64,000 nucleotides of DNA from an uncultured Flavobacteriaceae bacterium (GCA_963760375.1 CAVXCS010000003.1:3590-67589), one strand, 5' to 3'. Positions 19,900 to 28,746 are shown, counted from the stretch's first letter. Numbers and translations are program-made. Notes: generated by a model not told the origin, from the letters alone.

Positions 19900-20979
19900 T
19901 TATTGGATGGATATCTTGGCCCCGTTGTACAACTTGCCTTCCGCGGAAACGATATACTGCTCGCCCGCATTCAGGCCAGACAGCACCTCTATTTGATCGC
20001 CATATATTTTGCCCAAACGGAGCCATCTAAGAAGGGCCTTGTTTTGGTCACTAACTGTATAAACTCCTTTTAAACCGCCGCTTGTAACGATGGCCGATCG
20101 TGGTATGAGCACCAAGGAAGGGGCGTCGGATTTAGTACTGATAGGAATTTGGACCGTTGTAAACATTCCGGAAAGGAGTTTAACATCGGTTTTGTCAACC
20201 GCTGCCTTAACCAAATATTGTCCGCCAGTATTTTTGGCGGAAGCACTTACCTCTTTCAGTTTGCCCTTGACCGATGTACCCAATGATTTGATCAATACTT
20301 CAACGGTGGCGTCTGATTTGATCTTGGAGATTTCGCTTTCGGGCACCATGGCGACGACCTCAAAGACTCCGGGAGATTCGAGGGCCAACAAGGGCATCCC
20401 TGGATTGGCCATATCCCCGACTTCTGTAAATTTACCGGTGATCACACCAGCAAAAGGGGCCGTAATGTTGGCATAGTCAAATTGTGCGTTGATCTCATTT
20501 TTCATTTGGTTCGCCGCTTCCAATCTTGCCTTTGCCATTTCAAATCGTGTGGTCATATCGTCCATTTCCTTTTGGGAGGCACTATTTTCGGCAAAGAGGT
20601 TTTTAAAACGTTCATAATCTTTTTCTGCGTTAGCGTAGGCCGCTTTGGCCTCCGTAATTCCGGCATTGACCTGTGCGCGTTTGGCCTGTAGATCGGTATT
20701 GTTGATCGACACCAACAGTTGTCCTTTTTTGACCTTATCACCCACATTGACGTAGATCTTGCTCACTTGGCCCATCATCCGGGTGCTTAATTCGGCACTG
20801 TTTACAGCCTGTATCTTGCCGCTTACGCTTAGGAAACCGCTGCTATGGTTTTCGGTTATCCCGCTTATGGTCACTGGTACCGCATTGGCATCGTCAGCGT
20901 TGGTTTTAGTGCCCTCGCCGCTGCAGCTGGAAAGCACCAACATAGCAGTCCCAAAAAGGGTTGTATACAATTTTGTCAT
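19900..20979 (-). CDS. RND efflux periplasmic adaptor (MFP) lipoprotein
   Basis: Lipobox LVLSSC, biotinyl-lipoyl-like and coiled-coil segments (VKKGQLLVSINNTDLQAKRAQ). ATG at 20979 preferred over the GTG at 21000. Confidence 0.85.
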   Translation of the reverse strand: MTKLYTTLFGTAMLVLSSCSGEGTKTNADDANAVPVTISGITENHSSGFLSVSGKIQAVNSAELSTRMMGQVSKIYVNVGDKVKKGQLLVSINNTDLQAKRAQVNAGITEAKAAYANAEKDYERFKNLFAENSASQKEMDDMTTRFEMAKARLEAANQMKNEINAQFDYANITAPFAGVITGKFTEVGDMANPGMPLLALESPGVFEVVAMVPESEISKIKSDATVEVLIKSLGTSVKGKLKEVSASAKNTGGQYLVKAAVDKTDVKLLSGMFTTVQIPISTKSDAPSLVLIPRSAIVTSGGLKGVYTVSDQNKALLRWLRLGKIYGDQIEVLSGLNAGEQYIVSAEGKLYNGAKISIQ

Positions 20980-21071
20980 GATTTTGTTTTTATAGTTCAC
21001 TTTAGGCTATTTAAGCGTTTGTTTCTTCTGAATGTTCAAATTTTTGGTGGTATTGTAAAAGGGCTATGGCG

Positions 21072-22376
21072 TTATTCCTTTATTAAAAATTCCAAATAGG
21101 CCAGTGCATAATTATGCTGGAATATGGTAGCATAATATTCCAGTTGTTTCTGACTGTATTGTGATTCTGCCATAAGAAGGTCATTGGTCTTTTCCAGACC
21201 TTGTTCAAAGCGATTGCTGCGGATACGCAACGACTCCTCGGATTGTTGCAAGGCCAATTGGGTCAGTTTTAATTTGTTATTGGCATCTTGAAGCCCTCTT
21301 TTGGCCTTGTTGAGTTCCAGTTGGCTTTCCGCCCTATATTGCTTTAACTGAAATCTTGATTTTTCAAATTCGGCCTTGCTCTTTTGTGCCCGGCCGAAAC
21401 GCTTGCTGCCCTCGAAAAGGTTCCACTTCAATTCTGCCCCGAAGAGATAGCCGTTCGCGGCGCCTTGGAATATTTCGTCGTCGTGCAGCTCGTAAGTGCC
21501 AAAGGCGTTCAAGCGGGGCAAAAAGGACATTTGGTCGGCCTTGTACATTTGTTTATAGGCTTCCGATGCGGCGTTCAAGGCCTGGATATCGTTTCTGTTC
21601 TCCGGCAAGCCTTCCACCTTAAGTTCTTGGTTCACGACCATTAGGGAATCGCTGGGCTTTAAGATTTGATCATTGTGGTCATCCATCAGAACGGACAAAT
21701 AATTCGAGGCATTCAGGATGTTGCTCTTGGCATACTGCAGCTGATTATCTATTTCGGTTGCCCGTACCTCAACCGACAGGAGATCTGATTTCTGCAAATA
21801 GCCTTGTCGAAAGTTGTTATTGGCGATACGCATGTTTTCCATGGCGGTCGCTTTGGTCTTTTCCAGAACTTCAACCGTTTTATAGGCCAATTGCAATTGC
21901 ATATAGGCCTTTTCGACTTCCAAGCCAATATATTCTTGGGTGCGTTCCGCTTGTAGGGCCGTGGCATCCCATTTGGCCTTGGCCGCCTTTCTTTGGTATA
22001 TGCCGTCGAAGTTCAACAGGGGTTGCTGTACTTCCATCCTCGTGGCGAAATCCTCGATTTGTCGAGGCGCATTTAATGAAGCAGGATCAAAATCGGCTTG
22101 GGTCAGTATGGCCTGGTTGAGTTTCGACCCAAAGGCCATCAAAGGGTTCGTAGTGGCGATACCGGTATGTGAGATACTGATATTGGGCAACAAGACGGCA
22201 TTGGTCTGGTTGTAGTCGCCCTTGGCCATCAGCACCTCCTGTTGCGACATTTTAAGGGTGCCATTGCCCGTTTTCACCTTGTCCATCACTTCAGTCTTTG
22301 AAATCAAAACGGTTTCCTGTGCTGACATTGACAGGGAAAGAATTGGTAAGGCAAACAGGAACATTATATTTTTCAT
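21072..22376 (-). CDS. TolC-family outer membrane efflux protein
   Basis: 434 aa with a signal peptide and two TolC-type coiled-coil repeats. It is first in the tolC-MFP-RND operon. Confidence 0.85.
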   Translation of the reverse strand: MKNIMFLFALPILSLSMSAQETVLISKTEVMDKVKTGNGTLKMSQQEVLMAKGDYNQTNAVLLPNISISHTGIATTNPLMAFGSKLNQAILTQADFDPASLNAPRQIEDFATRMEVQQPLLNFDGIYQRKAAKAKWDATALQAERTQEYIGLEVEKAYMQLQLAYKTVEVLEKTKATAMENMRIANNNFRQGYLQKSDLLSVEVRATEIDNQLQYAKSNILNASNYLSVLMDDHNDQILKPSDSLMVVNQELKVEGLPENRNDIQALNAASEAYKQMYKADQMSFLPRLNAFGTYELHDDEIFQGAANGYLFGAELKWNLFEGSKRFGRAQKSKAEFEKSRFQLKQYRAESQLELNKAKRGLQDANNKLKLTQLALQQSEESLRIRSNRFEQGLEKTNDLLMAESQYSQKQLEYYATIFQHNYALAYLEFLIKE

Positions 22377-22407
22377 CTTGGATCTGTTATTTTCTTTTAA
22401 TCTGGGG

Positions 22408-22451
22408 TAAAAGTAGACCTAAAGGGGATGTTGGTCGGTAACAATGGTTAC
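22408..22451 (-). promoter_or_regulatory. motif-A operator plus -7 box (promoter of tolC-MFP-RND operon)
   Basis: GGTAACAATGGTTACC with core GTAAC-N4-GTTAC at 22438-22451. Minus-strand TACTTTTA at 22415-22408 starts 29.5 bp from the centre. Confidence 0.65.
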
Positions 22452-22566
22452 CAAGGCGATTTTAGCATCGTTATGAAACCAAGTGGTGCATGGTAGTGAT
22501 TGAATATTCAATTGGGGAACCTTAAGATGGCCAATAAAGGCCGAACTATTATCATCTTTTTGGGGT

Positions 22567-23451
22567 TTAAAACCAATAGCCGATACCTGCCGAAAAATAG
22601 AAAACGGTTTCCAAGTCTTCCTTGATCACCGTATCTTCGGTCGTGATCGTAGCACTGCTTTGTGGAAAGGCCAAAACGGGCGAAAAGGAGAAAATGAATT
22701 GTTCGTGGTAGTATTGCATGGGCAGGCCTAGCGCTACATTTAAAAAATTGAATTCCGATGCTTCCTTCAATTCCACCGAGGTAGGAATCGACGGTGTTGT
22801 GCCAACGGTCCCCTTGCCTTGTCCTTTTCTATTGCCCAGACGACTGGTACTATAGTATTCCTGATAAAAATATTGTGTACCGGCTTGCAGCGTAATGGAA
22901 GGGCCGATCAAAAAGTTCTTGTCACTGCTATAGATAATACGGTCGAACACGATCCCAGCAAAAATGTCGGCAGAACTATCGCTGTTAAAGTAAGTGCTGG
23001 CCATTAACGATACTTCCAACGCTTTGAGGTCATAGCTCAAAAAACCGGATATATCACCCAATATTTCCGACTGTACATTATAACTGTCTTTGTTGAAGAA
23101 ATAGGCGGTCGCCGAAAGGCCACCGTTGAATTTTTCGGAACTGGACAGGTAACCGGCAGTGACCAAAAACAGATCTATCCGTTGTTCCCCCGAACCGACG
23201 AGGTAGGAGGCCGAAGCATCGGCAAAAAATCCCGATCGATCATAATAGCCCAGTGAAGGAAAAATATAAGGGGCGGCAATGGAATCTCGCCTGCCCATGA
23301 AAACGGCGTCATTGCGAAAGCTCACATCTGCTAGAAAAAAAGATTCCACGTCCGCGGGTTTTTCCTTGGCGGAATTTTTTCGCGGTTGTGCCATGAGGCC
23401 CAAAGACATAAATAGGAGAAATATCAAGACTGTGGTTGACCGGGTTCTCAT
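22567..23451 (-). CDS. hypothetical outer-membrane beta-barrel protein
   Basis: Signal peptide, alternating amphipathic beta-strand pattern and a C-terminal aromatic residue (...GIGYWF). Confidence 0.55.
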   Translation of the reverse strand: MRTRSTTVLIFLLFMSLGLMAQPRKNSAKEKPADVESFFLADVSFRNDAVFMGRRDSIAAPYIFPSLGYYDRSGFFADASASYLVGSGEQRIDLFLVTAGYLSSSEKFNGGLSATAYFFNKDSYNVQSEILGDISGFLSYDLKALEVSLMASTYFNSDSSADIFAGIVFDRIIYSSDKNFLIGPSITLQAGTQYFYQEYYSTSRLGNRKGQGKGTVGTTPSIPTSVELKEASEFNFLNVALGLPMQYYHEQFIFSFSPVLAFPQSSATITTEDTVIKEDLETVFYFSAGIGYWF

Positions 23452-23546
23452 TTTAAAGAAAATTGAGATTCATGAAGAATATGGGCCGTACGGATCACAG
23501 GTAGGACAAAATACCGTTTTCCGGACAGCCCGTGAAACTGGGCTTA

Positions 23547-24218
23547 TCAGCTGCTTTTTTTCTTTTTTTGAAGCGTCGACTTTTTCTGGATATTCTTTTT
23601 CATCAAATTTTTGTTGGTCAATTTATTTTGTTGGACCATCATTTTACGATGCTGGTAGGTATTTTGAAACTTGGCGCCATCCATATTGATGCACTCCCCA
23701 TCTTGGAGCCGCAGTTGCTCCCGCTGGGCATTTTGGTAGCTTCCATCGGCGTTTACCATCAAGCCATCACCAAGTTCCACTCGGTTCTGGATCCGATGCT
23801 GCTCCAGGTTCCTGATTTGAAATACCTCACCATCGATGCGCATGATTTGATATCTGTTTTGGTTCCGATTTTGGATCTGGGCATCGCTCAAACCCTTATT
23901 TTCCTGTTGTACCTTGTATCGATATTGATACTCATTGCGGTACTTGACCCCATCATTGTCCAAACATTCGCCATCTTTTAACCGCAATCGGTCGCGGTCC
24001 TTGGTGAGGTATGATCCATCAGGGTTCACAACGGTACCGTCATTTAAGGTGATGGGGTCCTGTAATCGAATTTGGTCGCGGTCTCGTATCTGCAATACTT
24101 CCCCATCGACCATCATAAGTCGATCTTGATCTCGATCTTGGATGCGGTCTTGATCTTGTGCCTTTAAAGAAGCGGTACCCATAAGGGCGATCGATACTAA
24201 TAATATCACTTTTTTCAT
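23547..24218 (-). CDS. secreted repeat protein (two ~68-aa DG-rich repeats, Lys-rich tail)
   Basis: Signal peptide MKKVILLVSIALMGTASLKAQ. There is an internal duplication (aa 33-100 versus 124-191). The C-terminus is KKNIQKKSTLQKKKKSS. Confidence 0.6.
   Translation of the reverse strand: MKKVILLVSIALMGTASLKAQDQDRIQDRDQDRLMMVDGEVLQIRDRDQIRLQDPITLNDGTVVNPDGSYLTKDRDRLRLKDGECLDNDGVKYRNEYQYRYKVQQENKGLSDAQIQNRNQNRYQIMRIDGEVFQIRNLEQHRIQNRVELGDGLMVNADGSYQNAQREQLRLQDGECINMDGAKFQNTYQHRKMMVQQNKLTNKNLMKKNIQKKSTLQKKKKSS
23646..23849 (-). repeat. intragenic repeat unit 2 of the secreted repeat protein
   Basis: YQIMRIDGEVFQIRNLEQHRIQNRVELGDGLMVNADGSYQNAQREQLRLQDGECINMDGAKFQNTYQHR. It aligns without gaps to unit 1 at an offset of 91 aa. 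Confidence 0.7.
23919..24122 (-). repeat. intragenic repeat unit 1 of the secreted repeat protein
   Basis: RLMMVDGEVLQIRDRDQIRLQDPITLNDGTVVNPDGSYLTKDRDRLRLKDGECLDNDGVKYRNEYQYR. Confidence 0.7.
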
Positions 24219-24256
24219 TGTATATGGATTTAAATTAATTCTGTTTAATACTGTGG

Positions 24257-24299
24257 CAAATGTACCGGACCATGCCCGTGTAGAAAATGATATAGGTCA
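24257..24299 (-). promoter_or_regulatory. motif-B operator plus -7 box (promoter of 24218..23547, probably also 23451..22567)
   Basis: AATGATATAGGTCATG with core at 24288-24299. Minus-strand perfect TACATTTG at 24264-24257 starts 29.5 bp from the centre. Confidence 0.7.
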
Positions 24300-24336
24300 T
24301 GAAACCCTATATTTTATTGATGTTTCCAAGGGTTTT

Positions 24337-24356
24337 TATGTAACAATTGTTACATA
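24337..24356. promoter_or_regulatory. motif-A operator (perfect 20-bp palindrome)
   Basis: TATGTAACAATTGTTACATA with core at 24340-24353. Its centre is 53 bp upstream of the motif-B centre at 24293.5. No -7 box lies at the 29.5-bp position. Confidence 0.6.
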
Positions 24357-24408
24357 ACGATAGGTTATTAAAAGCGGATGTCCTTTACCTCCAATAAACC
24401 GTTATGGA

Positions 24409-25044
24409 CTACCTGCCACATTGTTCTTTGCTGTCGTTGATGATCGCATTATAATCTTCAAAAGCTAAATATTGTGGTACATAAGTCATTCCCATCCCAT
24501 CCAGGGTGGAGGTAAAGCTTCTCAAATGGTTGCGCGAACCGCATTGCAATGATTCAAAAACCGCAATCACTTGGATATTATTGGTCATTACCAAGTAGTT
24601 TTCCAAATCAACAATATCCATATCCTCAATGGTGGCGCCCACCTCCAATGCTTTGGTTTCATTAATACTACCGTCTATTACATAGCGATCGTACAGGGCT
24701 TGTATTTCTTGGTTTGCAAATTGCCCATCCGGCATAATGGAATAGGGTATTTTATATTGATTTAGAAGGCCCACTACGGCATCCATATGTGATTGTTCGC
24801 TGTTCTTTATATTGGAGAATACATTGATTCCCCATAGTTCACCTAAGTAAACGTAGGTGTCCCGCGCGAGTTTTTCTTCTTCCAACATAAAAAGCAGCGC
24901 ATTTTGATCTTCTTGGCCAATAGCATTGCTTTCGATATCACCCAATGGCATTTCGGAACCATCCTTGGAGCAGCCCGCAAACAGGCTTACGAATAGAAAT
25001 CCGAGTACAAGCACTGGCTTTATTGATTTTTCCGGATTTTTCAT
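24409..25044 (-). CDS. DUF2202 (ferritin-like) lipoprotein
   Basis: Lipobox SLFAGC. LLFMLEEEKLARDTYVYLGELWGINVFSNIKNSEQSHMDAV is the characteristic DUF2202 segment. Confidence 0.7.
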   Translation of the reverse strand: MKNPEKSIKPVLVLGFLFVSLFAGCSKDGSEMPLGDIESNAIGQEDQNALLFMLEEEKLARDTYVYLGELWGINVFSNIKNSEQSHMDAVVGLLNQYKIPYSIMPDGQFANQEIQALYDRYVIDGSINETKALEVGATIEDMDIVDLENYLVMTNNIQVIAVFESLQCGSRNHLRSFTSTLDGMGMTYVPQYLAFEDYNAIINDSKEQCGR

Positions 25045-25098
25045 AACAAATAGTTCAGGATTATTTTACGAATTTCCCCATATGCAATGATACCTACA

Positions 25099-25112
25099 GC
25101 AACTTTTGTTAC
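25099..25112 (-). promoter_or_regulatory. motif-A operator, one mismatch (upstream of DUF2202 gene)
   Basis: Plus strand reads GCAACTTTTGTTAC (coding strand GTAACAAAAGTTGC). It lies inside a 24-nt block at 25093-25116 that is 22/24 identical to 26096-26119. Both blocks begin 49 nt from their start codons. Confidence 0.5.
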
Positions 25113-25117
25113 ACGGC

Positions 25118-25148
25118 AAAGGCACTTTCTTTATGGGAAAGTGCCTTT
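25118..25148 (-). terminator. hairpin downstream of 25184..26047
   Basis: A 12-bp perfect stem, AAAGGCACTTTC (25118-25129) / GAAAGTGCCTTT (25137-25148), with a 7-nt loop. It lies 36 nt past the stop codon. Confidence 0.5.
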
Positions 25149-25183
25149 TATCAACCAACCACTAAAAAATACCAAACAAAGAC

Positions 25184-26047
25184 CTATTTTATTTTTTCGA
25201 CCAAAAGCCTCCATTGTTCTGGGGTCAAGGTTGATAAAACCATATCCCTGCAGTTGGTTTTCATCGTAACGACCTCTTTTCTCAACACTTCAATTTGATC
25301 GATTTTGGCCAGGATTTCTTCTTGGGCCCCTTTTTGCAGAGAGGCTTGGTATGTTTCCTTTTCCAAAGCGCTGATTTGGTTGGCCATTTCATCCATTTTG
25401 GGATGGTGGTCCGCAATCCAAGCATCAAAAATGGTTTTTTGCTCGGGGGTAATGCCCAATGTCCCGGCATCGCGGTTTATCGCCTGAATATAATTGGGAA
25501 CGGGATTTACATGCTGCATCACCTCCATCCTTTTGATTCGTTCTTTAAAGGGATGTTCGTTTTGGTATTTTAGTACCAAGGCATCCCATTGCTCGGGCAG
25601 TAAGGTATTCATTATCAATTCCCTACATTGCAATTTGGTGGCCGCAATTTCTTTTCTAAGTTTTCCGGTTTCCCTTGCTTTCTCAAATAGGGCAACGGTA
25701 TCTGCCTTTAACATGGATAGGGAATGGATCTCTTTTTCAAGGGCCGCGAGCGCCTTCATTTCCGTTTCGATTTTTGAATGATTGCCCTTTCGCCATTCTG
25801 AAAGTATTTTCTCCTGTTCATCGTTGAGCCCAAGATCGTTTCGGGGTGCGGCAAGCACTTGCATAAAATTCGCCCCGGGATAATAATCCACGATGGCTTC
25901 TTCGCTTTTTCGGGCCATTTCCTGCGATGTGGTCTCGTCCTGCGGGTCGGCAACAGGCGCCGACTCAGGCTTATGTTTGCAGGATTGGAAGAATATCCCT
26001 GAAATGATAAGGGCTAAAGCGATGGGGGTTGTTTTGCGTATTTTCAT
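25184..26047 (-). CDS. periplasmic helical lipoprotein with internal duplication (Spy/CpxP-like)
   Basis: Start moved to the ATG at 26047 (MKIRKTTPIALALIISGIFFQSC lipobox). Two ~85-aa helical repeats are present (LNDEQEKILSEW...LLPEQWDALV and ITPEQKTIFDAW...LTPEQWRLLV). Confidence 0.55.
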   Translation of the reverse strand: MKIRKTTPIALALIISGIFFQSCKHKPESAPVADPQDETTSQEMARKSEEAIVDYYPGANFMQVLAAPRNDLGLNDEQEKILSEWRKGNHSKIETEMKALAALEKEIHSLSMLKADTVALFEKARETGKLRKEIAATKLQCRELIMNTLLPEQWDALVLKYQNEHPFKERIKRMEVMQHVNPVPNYIQAINRDAGTLGITPEQKTIFDAWIADHHPKMDEMANQISALEKETYQASLQKGAQEEILAKIDQIEVLRKEVVTMKTNCRDMVLSTLTPEQWRLLVEKIK

Positions 26048-26071
26048 GTCAATATGTTTTGGAATTATCGT

Positions 26072-26115
26072 TAAAATTAGTTCATGCCAAAGGACCCTAC
26101 AGTCACTTTTGTTAC
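26072..26115 (-). promoter_or_regulatory. motif-A operator (one mismatch) plus -7 box (promoter of 26047..25184)
   Basis: Plus strand reads GTCACTTTTGTTAC at 26102-26115. Minus-strand TAATTTTA at 26079-26072 starts 29.5 bp from the centre. Confidence 0.55.
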
Positions 26116-26251
26116 ACGGTAATGTTACTTCCCTATCTGGATAGAAACCTCCCGAATCAAACCTGTACAAAAAGACACGCCAATGGTGAATGTCTTGAGA
26201 TTCGATAAAACTTGGTTTAGTCATTTGCGAATGGATATATCAAGGGTTTCT

Positions 26252-26295
26252 GTAATGTATGTTACAGTGCAGCACCGCCCAAAACATTATATTCG
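26252..26295 (+). promoter_or_regulatory. motif-A operator (one mismatch) plus -7 box (promoter of dihaem cytochrome/porin operon)
   Basis: TGTAATGTATGTTACA with core at 26252-26265. TATATTCG at 26288-26295 starts 29.5 bp from the centre. Confidence 0.55.
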
Positions 26296-26346
26296 TGCCA
26301 TATTTTATCGCGTTTTTAAATACTTTCATCAACCCCTTTTAAACCT

Positions 26347-27378
26347 ATGGAAGCGTTACGGTCACTTATAAGAAAGCTTTTTTGGTTGTTCCTGACCGTG
26401 TTTTTGTTGATTGCCACGGTGTTTATTGGCTTGTTTCGCTTTCCGGAGGGGTCATCTCCGATTCCGGCACCCCAACCCGATGTCGTTCTCAAGGAATGGC
26501 AGCCAAAAAATGTACTGGAAGCATTGAGTACCATGGATTCCGAAGTGAAACTGGGTTATCTGTTGATCAAGGAAACGCCGGGTCAAATGGGCCCGTCCGC
26601 CGATAATCCCGAAATGCGTTTTAGCGGGAATCACCTGGCCTGTGCCAATTGTCATTTGAAGGAGGGTACGCAGGCAGGGTCCGCCTCATGGGTGGGCGTC
26701 ATCGACCGGTTCCCCCAATTCGGAGGGCGTTCCAACAAGATAGGGACCATCGAGGATCGGATCAATGGATGCATGGAGCGCAGTATGAACGGAAAAAAAC
26801 TTCCGCCCGATTCTGAACCCATGAAAGCGATCGTGGCTTACATGGAATGGCTCGGGGTAGGATTGCCGGCAGACAGACGAAATGAATACATGGGTTATGC
26901 CGAAATGGAAATACCAGAAAGGGCAGTCGACCTCCCGAAGGGAGAAGCCCTGTACATGAAGGAATGCATGGTCTGTCATGGGGAGAGCGGTCAAGGGATT
27001 CGTTTGGCGGATGCCTCGGAAGGATACCTATATCCGCCCTTATGGGGCCCGGATAGTTACAACAATGGGGCAGGCATGCACCGGGTGATCACGGCAGCCG
27101 AATTCATCAAAGGGAATATGCCCTTTGGCCAAGCCACATGGGACAATCCCAAATTGACCGATGAGGAAGCCTTCGATGTGGCGGGATATATCAATAGCTT
27201 TGATCGCCCTGTAAAGGCAGGCACGGAAAATGATTATCCCGATAAAAAATTAAAACCGGTATCGACACCTTATGGCCCTTGGGCCGATGATTTTTCGGCC
27301 GAACAGCATAAATTCGGTCCTTTTCAGCCGATTATGGAATTCTACAAAAGGCAATACGATATAACCAAGACCAAATGA
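26347..27378 (+). CDS. dihaem c-type cytochrome, TsdA-like (thiosulfate dehydrogenase-like)
   Basis: Two CxxCH motifs (CANCH, first Cys codon at 26641, and CMVCH). A conserved Cys sits 39 residues after the first haem His, in IEDRINGCMERSMNG, as in TsdA/SoxA-type Cys-ligated haems. Confidence 0.65.
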   Translation: MEALRSLIRKLFWLFLTVFLLIATVFIGLFRFPEGSSPIPAPQPDVVLKEWQPKNVLEALSTMDSEVKLGYLLIKETPGQMGPSADNPEMRFSGNHLACANCHLKEGTQAGSASWVGVIDRFPQFGGRSNKIGTIEDRINGCMERSMNGKKLPPDSEPMKAIVAYMEWLGVGLPADRRNEYMGYAEMEIPERAVDLPKGEALYMKECMVCHGESGQGIRLADASEGYLYPPLWGPDSYNNGAGMHRVITAAEFIKGNMPFGQATWDNPKLTDEEAFDVAGYINSFDRPVKAGTENDYPDKKLKPVSTPYGPWADDFSAEQHKFGPFQPIMEFYKRQYDITKTK

Positions 27379-28724
27379 AACCAACCCTTGCCCTTGCTTC
27401 CCTGTTATGCCTGATGTCGAATTTCGCCCTGTCCCAGGATAAGGTCGAAACAAAAGATAAAGGGAAGCTGTCCGGACAATGGAGAACCTATTTCATGGGG
27501 ACAGTCAACAACGGAAATTTAAAGGATTTTTATGCGCTGGCTTCCGGTGGCAAGATCAAGTATCAATATTCGTTCAATGACAAATTGGAACTGGGGGCAG
27601 CGGTTTACAATGCCACCAACCTGGGTCTACAAGATCTTACGCTGGCCGATCCAACAACCGGTAGGTTGAGCCGTTATGAAGAAGGTCTGTTCAATAGGCT
27701 CGACCTTGCCAACGATGCGGTATTCTTATTGGGGGAGCTATATGCAAAAGTCAAAATACCGAAACATGAATTCACCTTGGGTCGAATGAAAGTAAACTCC
27801 CCTTTGCTGAACCCCCAGGACGGAAGGATGATACCCACTCTTGTACAAGGTCTCTGGTACGGCTATCGACCCAACACCTCCAATGTCTTGCAATTTGGGG
27901 TGTTTAACCAAATAGCCCCCCGATCGACCGGTGGATTTTACGGCATAGGGGAAAGTATCGGCACTTACCCTGTGGGGAGGAACCCGGCGGGCCAAACAAG
28001 TGGCTATGCGGGGAACACCGATTCCGATTATTTGGTCTTGTTCAATACGGAATTGAAGGTCACGGAAACCGTTCGACTCGATTTTTGGAACTTGTATGCA
28101 GACAATGTTTCGAACAGCACCTATTTGAGGCCCAAAATGCAGTTGAACCAAAAATGGAACCTGGAAATGGAATGGTTGCACCAAAACAAAGTGGGCAATG
28201 GGGGCAATGCCGTTGATTCATTGCGCTATTTTACGAGCAAATCTTCAGACATTTTGGGCATTAGGATGAATTATCGATCGAATAGATCGGAAATCTCCCT
28301 GGCCTATAACAGGATTTTCGCCCATGGGCAATTTCTTTCGCCCCGGGAATGGGGAAGGGAAGACCTGTTCAGTTTTCAGAAAAGGGAACGCAGCGAGGGG
28401 TCTGGAGACAACCATGCCTTGGTCTTATACTATGACGATCACTTTGGCCTTGGCAAAGGCAAGGACCAAATTCAAGGTATTTTCAGTGTTGGCAAACATT
28501 GGAAGCCCTCTGTTTTAGATCCCCGATTGAACAAATATGCCATTCCGGACTATACCCATATCAACATTGACCTGTTTTTTAAGTTTGAAAAGCTAAAGAA
28601 CCTTCAACCCGAACTGTTGTTGGTGACGAAGATCGCCAATGGCGACTTCCCCGATAATCCGAATTATTACTTCAACAAGACCGATATGTTCCATATCGAT
28701 ATCATTTTGAATTACAATTTTTAG
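27375..28724 (+). CDS. outer-membrane porin (OprD-like)
   Basis: Signal peptide, GRMKVNSPLLNPQDGRMIPTLVQG segment, and a beta-barrel pattern ending in ...ILNYNF. It overlaps the cytochrome gene stop by 4 nt. Confidence 0.6.
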   Translation: MKPTLALASLLCLMSNFALSQDKVETKDKGKLSGQWRTYFMGTVNNGNLKDFYALASGGKIKYQYSFNDKLELGAAVYNATNLGLQDLTLADPTTGRLSRYEEGLFNRLDLANDAVFLLGELYAKVKIPKHEFTLGRMKVNSPLLNPQDGRMIPTLVQGLWYGYRPNTSNVLQFGVFNQIAPRSTGGFYGIGESIGTYPVGRNPAGQTSGYAGNTDSDYLVLFNTELKVTETVRLDFWNLYADNVSNSTYLRPKMQLNQKWNLEMEWLHQNKVGNGGNAVDSLRYFTSKSSDILGIRMNYRSNRSEISLAYNRIFAHGQFLSPREWGREDLFSFQKRERSEGSGDNHALVLYYDDHFGLGKGKDQIQGIFSVGKHWKPSVLDPRLNKYAIPDYTHINIDLFFKFEKLKNLQPELLLVTKIANGDFPDNPNYYFNKTDMFHIDIILNYNF

Positions 28725-28746
28725 CATTGCAAAAAGGTTCAAAAAA

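Noticed and set aside
22499-22512. Perfect 14-bp palindrome ATTGAATATTCAAT between the beta-barrel gene stop and the tolC promoter.
   Set aside because: Its TTGA-N4-TCAA geometry differs from both motifs. It occurs only once, it is AT-rich and it is not phased to any -7 box. It could be incidental.
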